Assembly: GCA_977017645.1 (NCBI GenBank)
Contig: OZ360226.1
Span: 41,168,001 to 41,232,000 of the forward strand
Length of the DNA: 64,000 nucleotides
Origin: Torpedo marmorata
Lineage: Eukaryota
Direction: 5' to 3'
Below are positions 24,724-36,000 of the stretch, piece after piece. How positions within the stretch are numbered: the stretch's first letter is position 1; each line of letters begins with the position of its first letter. The position numbers and the translations under genes are program-made. The notes under the pieces are model-generated. The model was not told the DNA's origin, ran no database searches, and saw only the letters and a list, made by a program, of their open reading frames with translations.

Positions 24724-25655
24724 TGTGATGGTGAGAACAAGTTCGGAGAGTTCAAGAAGTAACAAGTCTTGGACACGGTTTATTAACAAACAGTGGTCTT
24801 TATTTACACACGGGGGAATTCGCAAAAGGGAACACACACACACATAGACAAAGCAACTACATACAAATATTCGCTACTGCTGACAGATCGCTGCTAATCG
24901 CAGTTCCCATGGTTAAACACACAGATTGCTGCTAATTGCAGTTCCCACGGTTAAACTCACAGATTGCTGCTAATTGCGGTTCCCACGGTTAAACACACAG
25001 ATTGCTGCTAATCGCGGTTCCCACAGCCAAACCTGCAGATCGTTGCTAATCGCGGTTCCCATGGCAAAACGCGAGGACGAAACAAGCAGAACCCGCCACC
25101 CCTTGCTAACTAGCAAGCATGGTACACCGAGTAACTAAAATGTAAAATCTGGTTACAATCTACAATGGGTGAGACACTACAGTCAACCCCAGGTAAATGC
25201 CACAAATAACCCCCACGCTGTACCGGCATGCACCTCATAACTGGTTCTCCAGCATGGCTCACAAGCTGGATCAAACCCTTCACAGTCGGTCTTCCAGTGT
25301 TGCCCAGAGCCCGCAACCTGAAGTGGAGCTCAGGGATGTCTCAAGGGAACAAAGAGAGTGATCTACTCCACGTGGTGGGCTTTATGCTGCAGTCGGCTAG
25401 AGGGGCCAGCCCAGGTGCACCCACATGACCTGTGAGGACCAATGGCCTCTGGAGGAGCCAGTCCAGGTGCGCCCAAATGACCTAGGAGAACCAATTGCAT
25501 GGCAGCTTCACCTGTGCGTGGATCTAATCTTGATTGACGTGGGGAAATGACATTCGACCTGCCTGGTCAGATGACAGTCCAGGAGCAAGCTCATGGAAAT
25601 TCCTTTGTTCGGAGCATTTTCCTGTCTGACCTGTGGGATTTTCCTCCGGATAACA
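24724..25655 (-). mobile_element. Solo LTR (932 bp)
   Basis: TG...CA termini (tgtgat/ataaca); gggg on both sides, consistent with a 4-bp TSD; minus-strand AATAAA signals near 24780-24805; duplicated CCAAT-containing unit at 25410-25500. Confidence 0.8.
24883..25072. repeat. 38-bp minisatellite, 5 copies, inside the LTR
   Basis: acagattgctgctaat(c/t)gc(a/g)gttcccacggttaaacac units at 24883, 24921, 24959, 24997 and 25035. Confidence 0.95.
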
Positions 25656-26935
25656 GGGGGCCCATAAACTTTGAGCAGAGTCCTAAGGGAGCCATAGCTG
25701 AAAAAAGGTTGAGAATGGCTGTTCTAGGAGACACTTTGAATCTTCTTTCCTGTCCACCACATGACCATTTGTCCTCAGTTAGCCAACCAGCACCTAACAC
25801 AGATACGACTACAGCAATCTTTAAAAGCGAATTACCTACATCTGAGAAAACAAACAGCAAAACAAGCCAACTGAGTTATATATTTTTACTCTCAAATTAA
25901 GCGAGCAAACACATTTGTCTTGTCAAATTCATTGCAAAGAAAATGCATCAAAATGTCACATTAACCCACAAAGACCTTGCAGTAAGTGGGACATTCCACA
26001 GACATTCCCCTTGCAGTGTCCCTCCTGTAATAAGATCAGCATGTTTTGGCATGCCATTTACATACTCTTCCCAAGCTTCTCATAATTCCTTTCATATTTC
26101 TTTATAAAAATGGCACAGAGTGAGTTGGTCTGTTTGATGGGTTATTTGTGATTGCAGCTTGGCAAGACCCTTTTTATGTAAGAGCAGAGGACTAACTTAT
26201 TAATAATTTTAATGGAATTCTTTTGACCTGCTGATTTGAAGTCTTTGAATTGCAGTCCCAGTTTGCTCAACTTCTTTAAATATGTTAACTGTGTGAATTT
26301 GTTTCATTTGGGGAAATAGTTTGCTTTGAATGCTTGTCTTTTTATTTAAGAGTACAAGATTAACTTGTCAGTTCTGTATTATTGCTGAACTAAGCAAATC
26401 TTTGGATACAGTCTCATTCAGTTTCCTCTCCACTTTGTGAAATGGAATGGATTTTAATTAAATGATTCACTTCCAATGGATTTGTAAAAACTCTGCTCAT
26501 GAAAAGAGTAGACTATCTATTTGAGCAGAGGGATCGATAACTAGTGTCCATGAATTTAATGTGATTATTTTAAAGATTAACATGGAATTGTGAAGAATTA
26601 ATCGAGACAATGCCTGAGTTTGCAGCCTACTCATTTAAGGGATGGTCAAGATGGAATCCCTCACCACACTTAAAAAAAACAGCTGCATTGTCGAGGAACC
26701 AGAACCAGGAATGAGGCCGTTTGGTCATTTGTCCATATCAGCTTGAGATAAGAGCATCCAGCTCATCCCAGCACTCCACTCCTTCCATAGCCCTGCAAAT
26801 TCATGCCTTTCACATGCTCAGGTCATGAACACTGCAGATGTACCCACCCCATCTCCTTTGAAATGTCATTTCATGTCTCCTTGAACCATTTCATCAGGTA
26901 AATTTAGCTCTCGTCGTGCTCACAGTTTGATCTAA

Positions 26936-27536
26936 GATCTACATCGGAGAGACTGGTTGCACATTGGGAGATCGCTTCGCCGAGCACCTTCCCTCCGTCC
27001 GCACCAGTGGCAGAGACCTCCCAGTAGCCAACCATTTCAGTTCTGTGTCACACTCCCATACTCACATGTCTGTCCATGGCCTTATGTACTATGCCACCAA
27101 GACCACCCGCAAATTGGAGGAACAACACCTGATTTTCCATCTGGGCACTCTCCAACCAGATGGCATTAACATCGACTTCTCCGGTTTCTGCTAACCTGCT
27201 CTCCTCTTCCCCCTCCCCCCTTCCCTTCCCCTTTCCAGTTCTCCTCCCTCCCTTCCCTCTCTATTCACCTAGCCATCCCTCCTCCCCTTGATCGCTGCTG
27301 TCCCCTCCCTCCCTTCTCCACCTATCACCTCCTGCCTTTGCGACCACACCTCCCCCCTGACTCTTTTGTTCGGACGCCTGCCGACATTTTTCCATATCTT
27401 GATGAAGGGCTCTAGCCCGAAACGTCGGTTATGTATTTTTTCCTTTGCTATATAAAGGACACTGCCACACCTGCTGAGTTTCTCCAGCTTTATGTTTTTA
27501 CTTCAACCACGGTGTCTTCAGATTTTCGTGTTTACT
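26936..27536 (+). mobile_element. Penelope-like 3' fragment (end of GIY-YIG, 3' UTR, hammerhead motif) with 10-bp TSD
   Basis: YIGETG..GDRFAEHL..LPVANHF..LEEQHLIF.LGTLQPDGIN; tttgatctaa at 26926-26935 and 27537-27546. Confidence 0.92.
27393..27433 (+). ncRNA. Minimal type I hammerhead ribozyme motif (U3 variant)
   Basis: catatc-TTGATGA-a-GGGC tcta GCCC-GAAA-cgt-C^ggttatg: core boxes, helix II, palindromic ACGT in place of helix III, and helix I between the flanks. Activity untested. Confidence 0.75.
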
Positions 27537-27681
27537 TTTGATCTAATATATGCAAGTCCCTACCTGATCCTAATATTGGGACAGAAAGGTTATATGTGCC
27601 AGCAGGTGTTTGCTTTCCATCTTTCCATTTCAGGATGCTTGCTGAATTTCTGCATGGTCTACCATTGCGAGTAACCTGCTG

Positions 27682-28935
27682 TTCAAGTTCAAGTTTATTA
27701 TTATCATACAATTGTAAAGTACAACTGGATAAAATAGCGTTCTTCGGTCCTCAGTGTAAAAACATGCAAACACATATATAGACATAGCGCACATATTTAC
27801 AAGCAATTTATATGCAGTACATATATAAAATTAAATAAATATTTGTTAAATAAATAGTAGATTCTTGGAGGGATTGTCTGAGCAGTTCATCTGTCATTCA
27901 GCAGTCTCATTGTCCATTAGAAGAAGCTGTTTCTCAGCCTGGTGGTTCTATGTCCGGGCGGTTAATAATTTTACAACCCCTCTTCAGACAATGATCCCTG
28001 TAGATCACATCGATGGGAGGGAGGGAGACCCCAGTGATCCTTTCTGCTGCACTTATGGTCCTGTAGAATGACCTCCGATCCAATGCTCTACAGCAACCAT
28101 ACCACATTGTGATGTAGCCGGCCAGGACAGTCTCGTTAGAGCTTCTGTGGAAAGTTGACAGGATGATGGCCTGTAGCTTTGCCCGCCTCAGACTTCGCAG
28201 GAAGTGCAGACGCTGTTGCGCCTTCCTGACAAGTGAGGAGATTTTGTGTGTCCAGGATAGATCACGACTTAAGTGGACTCAAAGGAACTTGGTGCTCTCT
28301 ACTCTCTCCATGACCGAGTTATTGATGTGTAGTGGAGGGTAGTCACCCCTAGTCCTCCAGAAATCCACAATCATCTCCTTTTTCTTATCCACATTGATAC
28401 TCAGGTTGTTATTCTCTCACCATAATGCAAAATTTTCCACCTCTTCTCTGTAGTGCGACTCATCGTTGTTGCTGATGAGGCTAACTACTGTCGTGTCATC
28501 TGCAAACGATAACTCTGTTGGAGCTAGATCTGGCGTTGCAGTCATAGGTCAGTAGCTTGAACAGGAGTGGGCTGAGCACACAGCCCTGAGGTGTGCCAGT
28601 GCTCAATGTGACAGTGCTCGACGTTCTGTTACCGACCCACCGACCCAGACACACTGTGGTCTTTCTGTTAGGAAGTCCAGAATCGACTTACAGAGTCCCA
28701 GGAAGGACAGTTTCTCCACTGGGAAATGATCGTATTAAACACCATGCTGAATTCGATGAACAGCAGCCTGGCATATGAGGCGTCGTTCTCCAGGTGGGTT
28801 AGGACAGAGTGGAGGGACAAAGCTATAGCATCATCAGTGGAACGGTTCCATTTGTAGGCAAATTGAAATGGGTCCAGTGTCTCTGGGGGGTGTGCTTTGA
28901 TGCATTCCATCACTAGACGCTCGAAGCATTTCGAT
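27682..28935 (-). mobile_element. Rex1/Babar-like LINE, second subfamily, decayed
   Basis: [32 protein letters not shown]; (ttgaac)n tail. Confidence 0.88.
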
Positions 28936-29179
28936 TCTCTGTCAGGTTTCATATCGTCAACCAATGGTTGTGGAGATTAGTCCAATGACCTGTACAACTG
29001 ATGCATCCACATTTGGTTCCGAAGGGGCCAAGATTTGTTTACAGTGGTTGTGAATTCATCAGCAATGCTCTCTTAAGATTCTAATTGATTCCATGGGGCA
29101 GTCTTGCAGAGATGATCAGAAGGAAGCATAGACCAGCACTGCTCTACCTCAGCTCGACGCTTCTTGCTGAAATTAGTTC

Positions 29180-29410
29180 ATAAGAACATAAGAAATAGGA
29201 ACAGGAGTAGGCCATCCGGCCGTCGAGCCAGCTCCGCCATTCAATGAGATCATGGCTGATGTAATGATAGACTCATCTCCACCTACCTGCCTTTTCCCCA
29301 TATCCCTCAATTCCCTTACTATGTAAAAATCTATCCAACCTTGTCTTAAATCTATTTACTGAGGTAGTCCCCACTGCTACAATGGGCAGCAAATTCCACT
29401 GATTCACCAC
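29180..29410 (-). mobile_element. CR1 LINE 3' end (young)
   Basis: VVNQWNLLP...FKTRLDRFL; cataagaacataagaa tail. Confidence 0.85.
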
Positions 29411-30355
29411 TAAATTCAGTCTAATAAATATTATTTTACATTTTGTTGTGCTGAAGGGATCCGCCACTGTACACTTGTCTGGATTGTGCTGGGGTTGCAG
29501 ATCTGTGGTGAAACACCTGCCAGTTGCAATGTGTGCAACAGAGCCTTCCAGCCCCTTGCACTGGCACACTATAACACAGTGGTATACAATGTGCTGGATA
29601 CACTTTATACCCAGCCCATCAGTTTTATTCCAGTAACAAAAACACCACATTTAATGTAATTCTCTGGGGTTTTTTTTAATGTAAAAATTTATAAAAAGCC
29701 AAGCATATTTTTAGTTCATTTTAATAACATAACATTGCAGCACACAAAGCAAAGGCTGCAGGCAATTTGGCCCTTCAAGTCTCTGCTTCACCATTCAATA
29801 AGATTATAGCAGTTGACTGATTCTTTTTAATCTGAGAAATCTGTTTAAAACTCATTTTTTACAAATTTTTTAAAAATTCAAAATTATCCGAAGGGTCTGA
29901 TTATTGGGGACATTTGGAAACATTGAAGAAGGCTTTCATGACTCAAGCTGTCAGAAAGCCAACATAGCCACAGTTTCTTCCATGTAATATTGCCTGCGGG
30001 ATGTGGTAAGACCTTGTGACCAAAGTGTCACAAAGTTAAGCACAAGGTTGATAGCAAGGGTCAGGGCTCATCTAAAGCAATCCACTCCATTGTTGCTGAA
30101 AGAGCAAACATTTAAAGCATCACATTCATTGGTGAATACACAAACTGAACTACTAGACCACAGGCAAGCTGTCAATTCCATTGCTCTGAAGACTTAATAA
30201 AACCTATTTTTTTTCCCCTTGTAAGGTGGCTATGTGTTTATTTTTTCAGAATGATGTGTGGGCATCATCCAGTTTCCAATATTAAGTGAATACATGTTCT
30301 CATAAAGTTAGGGTATTCATAAAAAGTGGATAGATCTCAGGAAGACTTAAGTGGC

Positions 30356-32756
30356 TCCCATTTTCATCTTGATTTATGAATTCCTGGTTTAGGCATTTTT
30401 TTCTGTAACAATTTATACATTTGAGAAATAAATTTATTTATACCCCCATTAGTAACTTGTAGCTCCAATTCACTTTGCCTTGGTAAAATTAAACTATGAC
30501 CCAACTTTTCAACTAAAAATGCTCTCATTTGATAATAAGCAGAGTGTATTATTTAGTACATTAAACTTCTCTTTCATTCTTTGAAAAGTGATAAATTTAC
30601 TAGCTTCAAAACAATCACTTACTTTTTTAATCCCTTTTTGAAACCAAATTTTAAACAATTGATTATCTATAGTAAATGGGATAAATTTATTTTGATACAA
30701 AGGCATTTTACGAGAAATTAATCCTTTCCCTCCTAACTCCCTATCCACATTATTCCATATTTCTAACAAATGCTTTAAAATAAGAGAGTGTTTACCTCCT
30801 CTTAATAGTAATTTGGAATTCCATTTATAAATAACATCTTCTTTCGAATCTTCTCCTATATTATTTAATTCTATTCTAATCCAAGCAGAAGATTTTTCTA
30901 AATCAAACATTTCATTAATAAATTTTAATTGAGCTGCCTTATAATAATTTTGAAAATTGGGAAGTTGTAAACCTCCCATTTCATAATTCCAAGTTAATTT
31001 CTTCATACCTACTCTAGCCAACTTTCCTTTCCACAAAAATTTCCTAATAATTAAATTTAAATCCTTAAAATTTTTTTGAGGAATTTCATAAGGAATTGAT
31101 TGAAAAGGATATTGAACTCTTGGAAAAAAACATTCATTTTAATACAATTTACCCTTCCTATTAAAGTTATAGGTAAATCTTTCCAACTCTCTAAATCTTT
31201 TTTAATATTAGTATAGTGACTTTAATCCAACAATAGTCACTTGGAGGCTAGGTGAGATATTTGTTTTTGACGCGTTTCAATTAATTTACTAACAAAGTTC
31301 GATATGTTCAAAAAACTTTATTTACATACGTGACTTGCAGCAATCTTCAATGACTTAAATATCTTCTTTAAACAAAACAAACAGTTCTTGATAATGATGT
31401 TTAATAAATTCCTTTAAACGATTCCTTTGACTGTATTTAGATGTTCAATTAAATGACTTTAAAGACTTTAAACCATAAATGAAACGTGTTTAAATGTTCA
31501 ATGAAACGGTCAATAAAAATATGGCGATCTCATTCACCCTCCTCCGTCGCCATCTTTCTCTTTTCTTTTTCCCGATTCGCGCATGCCCACCGCGCACATT
31601 CTACCGCGCATACCACATCGCGCATACTCCACTGTGCATACTGCCGTCAATTCCCAACTGCGCATGTGCCCGTCGGCACTCTAGCACATGCGCAGAGTAC
31701 TAAATAGGCCTAGCACGGCCTAACAAACACCGCGACTCCTCCGTAACCAGCCAGGACCATTGGAGCTCCGCGACCAAGGTAAGTAATCAAGCCTACGGCT
31801 CTTACAATTAGTAAATAATGGTAAGTAATTTAATTTATATAAATCACCTAATTTTGTATCTATTTTTATTCCCAAATATTTAATTCCATTATTTGACCAT
31901 TTAAAACGAGTAATTTCTTTACATTTATTATAATCTCCTTGCGTCAATACCATAATTTAATTTTTATCAGAATTAATCTTATAACCAGATATTTCCCCAT
32001 ATTCTCTCAATAAAACAGTCAATTGTGTTAAAGAATCAATAGGTTTTGTCATGTAAATCAGTACATCATCTGCAAATAAACTAATTTTATGTTCTTCTTT
32101 TCCAACTTTAATACCTACAATCTTAATATCTTGTCTAATTAATTCTGCTAAAGGTTCTATTGCTAAAATAAACAATGCTGGTGACAAAGGGCATCCTTGC
32201 CTAGTTGACCTAGTCAGCAAAGATTTTGAAGAAATTTGTCCATTTGTCACTACTCTGGCAGGGGGTTCTTTATATATAGTTTTAATCCAATTAATAAATG
32301 TATTTCCAAAACCAAATTTTTCTAACACTTTAAATAAATAATTCCATTCTAATCTATCAAAAGCCTTTTCAGCATCTAATGTTCATGCATACCACTTGAA
32401 AAAATTACATAATTTACGTAATAAATATCATTTCTTTTTGAAGGTATGGAGCCCATATATAAAAACTGTGGGTTTAAAGATTTGAAGATCTCTTGCCATC
32501 GGGTCTGACTGGCAAACCTGTGATCCACAATAAAATTAATGTATCGTTGTTTTCTTTTAGATTGACATTCTCCACTATCTATTCTTTTTTTCTTTTCTCT
32601 CTTTTTTATTAGAGTAGTAGGGGTGGGTGGGTTAGGGAGGGGGAAGGGAGGGAGGGGAGGGTGAAAATATATCACATGTATTTTGATATTTCTGAAATTT
32701 ATAAACATGTATTATCGTGTGATTAAAAATTTTAAATAACATATTTTTTTAAAAAA
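30356..32756. mobile_element. L1-clade LINE insertion with 5' inversion: ORF2 segment on - (30356-32377), ORF2 end/3' UTR/poly(A) on + (32378-32756)
   Basis: LDAEKAFD, RQGCPLSP, LFADD and GGLQLPNF on -; CIPLEKI..FLKVWSPY, a G-rich UTR and an A tail on +; 17-bp TSD aggaagacttaagtggc at 30339-30355 and 32757-32773. Confidence 0.92.
31212..31806 (-). mobile_element. Solo LTR (595 bp) inserted in the L1
   Basis: Minus strand reads tgtaag...gtcacta(t)a; the sister copy at 10898 ends in taca. 5-bp TSD attag at 31207-31211 and 31807-31811. The L1 sequence resumes exactly across it. Confidence 0.82.
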
Positions 32757-33019
32757 AGGAAGACTTAAGTGGCAACAGCAGAACAATTAACAGTATTGAT
32801 TCTTCTGAAAACTGGAAATGAAGTAATCAAGATTTGGGGATAATGCAGGAAAATGGTATTGAGGTAGAAGATCTATCATGAAGATTGAACAGGGGAGCAG
32901 GGTCACAGGACAAAATGGTCCACTCTTGCTCCTATATCCTATGTTCTTATGAAAGGTTATTCACAGAAGCATACAGCATATAAATAAGCCCTTTGATCGA
33001 TCGAGTAAACTCTGATGCA

Positions 33020-33270
33020 AATCCCACCATTCCCAGTGGCTCTTCCCAGATTCTACCATCCTCCTTCACAGTTGGGGCAATTTTACAGTGACAAATTAAC
33101 CTTTCAATCAATGAGTGTTTGTGATGTGGGAAGAAAGCGGAGCACCCAGGAGAAACCAAAGTGGACACAGAGGGAATAAGAAAACTCCACGAAGACAGTA
33201 CCAGACTGAACCTGGCTCGCTGGTGCTGTGAGGTCAGCATCTCTACTTATTGCGCTATCGTGTCACCCTG
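33020..33270 (-). mobile_element. Older tRNA-derived SINE
   Basis: gtggga.gaaa.cggagcacc..gga.gaaacc...aaactccac..agacag motif. Confidence 0.65.
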
Positions 33271-34064
33271 GTTACCATCTCAACTATTAGCTGTGCTTGG
33301 CCTGAGGCGAGCAGGACCGGAGAATGAAGCAGACAAGCAAGCTACATCGCTTTGTGAGATATGTCAAGATCAGAGGTACCCCTGGCTGCTGAAATTTTTA
33401 TTTGCCTTTATGGAGTTCTTTACTTTGTACCATATTACTTATTCATTTTTCCGATGGTCTTTAGCTGTAATATCACTAAAGTAAAGTGAATAACCACCTC
33501 CAACTTCAGCTTTGACCCCCTCCCACACCCCCCCACACCCCTCCATGCACGCACACACACACACACTTTCTCCCCTCCCCCCCCGCGAGGTCCCACTGTG
33601 AAGATGCATTGACCATTCAAGCTGCATATTTTTGAGTGAAGAACGGAAGAAACTTGGACAGAAATTTGCATCTGACAACAGAGCAAATCAGGTAATTTAA
33701 ACTGTTCAATTGGAACATCTCCCACCAAATCACGTCCAATTGAACAGCAGACCTTACATTTTATGTTCTCACCCATCCACCCATGACTAATTTCCAGCTC
33801 AACATTGTGCCTCCAGGCAGAAATGGCAGAGCTCAATTCTATTGATTTCAAGTAGCAGGGAATAAGATTCAAAATGCCTTGATGCATGCATGCTTAGTCA
33901 GGTCTGGAATATGTGCCTCAAATTAACAACTGATTCCAGGATCTGCACATTACTTGTGCAACCTGGAAATTCATTGACTTCATTGGTGTCGGCTTACATT
34001 GAAAGCAGGTGTTGGGCCAATCAGAGCTATTTCTGCTGTTGTAATAATCTGTTACCAGTCAGCC

Positions 34065-34165
34065 AAACCTTGATAAAGTATCCCGACCTGAAACGTTGAC
34101 TGACAATTTCTACCCTAGGATACTGCCTGACCGGCAGAATCACTCCAGCTTCTCTTTGTTCATCT
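34065..34165 (+). mobile_element. Penelope-terminus relic with degenerate hammerhead
   Basis: ccttgataaagtatcccgacctgaaacgttgac...tgcctgacc...ctccagc. Confidence 0.6.
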
Positions 34166-35734
34166 GAAATATCGCTGATTGATTCAATGTTTCCTTCTAT
34201 AGACCAGATGAGATGACCTAACAGTGCAATTTCTCTGTTGAGGCAATGATTCAATGGTGGATCTTGTTGTTGGTTAGTCTCAATGTAATTCTACTCCCCC
34301 ACTTCCCCCCCCCCCCCACAATGGCCACGTATGTGTTATCTTAGGAGCCAGTCACCAGAGAACAGATACCTCAGCTACTACTCAACATAAAGGAGTGTCT
34401 GTAATGACCCAAATGGTACAGAAAATTCTTCACAGATGAGCTTCAGTCAAATAATTTGTAACAGTTTGAATTATCTCTATTAGTCTAAGCATTTATAAAT
34501 GATTCAAATAGATCTTATTAATTTTAAATGCAATATATTTAGAAATTTAATGCAATTACCATACCTCATCAATTTATAAGAAGAAAATTTAATGACTAAA
34601 AAATGAAGACAGGCACCAATTTCTCATCAACAGCACATCACGGACCTGTTTTTGACTATGGGAGCAAGGAAGACCATGAAGCATAAACAACAGAGGGTCA
34701 TTGAACCTCTCCAGGATCTCGCATCATCAGCTAACAATATTCAGCCACACTTTTACCCAGAAGTATGGTTGTAAATGAAAGTTTCAATGGATCAACTCTT
34801 TAAAAGCAATACAGTCTGGCAGGTTGCTTAACTAATTCTTGAATAGCTGGCCCCATTTGCACTCCCAGGTGTAATAAAAGATCCAAAGGAGAACAGAGTA
34901 CCTCTCCTGGGTGATGGTCCTCAACAGCATCCTTCAAACAATTGCAACTCATCGCATATTTTCTCCTTGTGGGATCTTTCTGGCCCCTATTTTTCTTGCC
35001 TGTTTCCTGCATTACAGTTATTCTTTGTTGCTGGGATGGCACACTGGGAAATCCTGAGTGGTTGAAAGTCGCCACCAAATTGCAAATCTTCCTTTCATTT
35101 TCAATTATTTCAGTTTCACAGCGAGTTGATGGGATGTGAAAGTAAAGTATAATTGGTGTACAAGGGGTGGTTTATGGTTGGCATGGACTCAATGGCCTCA
35201 AGGGCCTGTTTCTGTGCTGTAGCGTTCCATGATACAATGACTTCACAGTGCTGCAGTTTCACAAGACCCATGATTGCCCTGGGAATGCATCTATTTGGAA
35301 ATCAATACCTTTGCTCCCCTTGACCTTTGTGCATCACATGATACAACAAACAGACATGTTAGCTGGCTCAGAACATCATTTTCATGCCACTTTGAACCAG
35401 TCACTCTGATTCAACTTGCCTGGTTTTCCTGTCTTCATGGAGGTTTAAGTTGAACACAATTCCTGGTGTAATCCCACTCAGAGGAAACTGCAGAAGCGAG
35501 TACAATTTCAATATTCAAAAGATGTTTGGACAAATATACGCAGAGGAAGGGCTCAGAAAAATATGGACCAAATGGAGGAAAATGTGACCAGCTCAGAATG
35601 CCAAGTTGGTTAGCATGGTCCAATTGGGCCGAAGGGTCTGTTCCATGCTGTAAGACACTATTACTCTCTATGTTTTGACTGTTTACAAAAACACCAATTT
35701 CATTCCACTGTCAGACATTGGATACATAATAACG

Positions 35735-36000
35735 TTCTGTGTGGAGTTTGCACGTTCTCCCTGTTAACACGTGGGTTTATTCCATGTGCTCCGGTTTCCT
35801 TCTGCATCCCAATGGCAGACAGGTTGGCAGGGTAATTAGCCACTGTAAATTACACTTAGTGTGTAGGTGAGTGTGAGAATGTGGTAAGTAGTTGATGAGA
35901 ATGTGAGGAGAACAAAACAATGGGTTTAGTATCGGATTAGTGTGAATGGGTGGTGATGATTAGCATGGACATGATGGTTTGAAAAGCATGTTTCTGTGCT
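35735..36000 (+). mobile_element. Older V-SINE-like SINE
   Basis: tctgtgtggagtttgcacgttctccc..gtgggttt..gtgctccggtttcct central domain. Confidence 0.75.

Larger units (their letters stand above)
24558..25721. mobile_element. hAT-Charlie-type MITE interrupted by a solo LTR
   Basis: TIRs cagccattctcaac / gttgagaatggctg; degenerate 8-bp TSD ttctgggc / ttctagga. Confidence 0.8.

Noticed and set aside
24883-25072. CRISPR-like 38-bp repeats
   Set aside because: Units are contiguous with no unique spacers, there are no cas genes, and the context is a eukaryotic LTR; it is a minisatellite.
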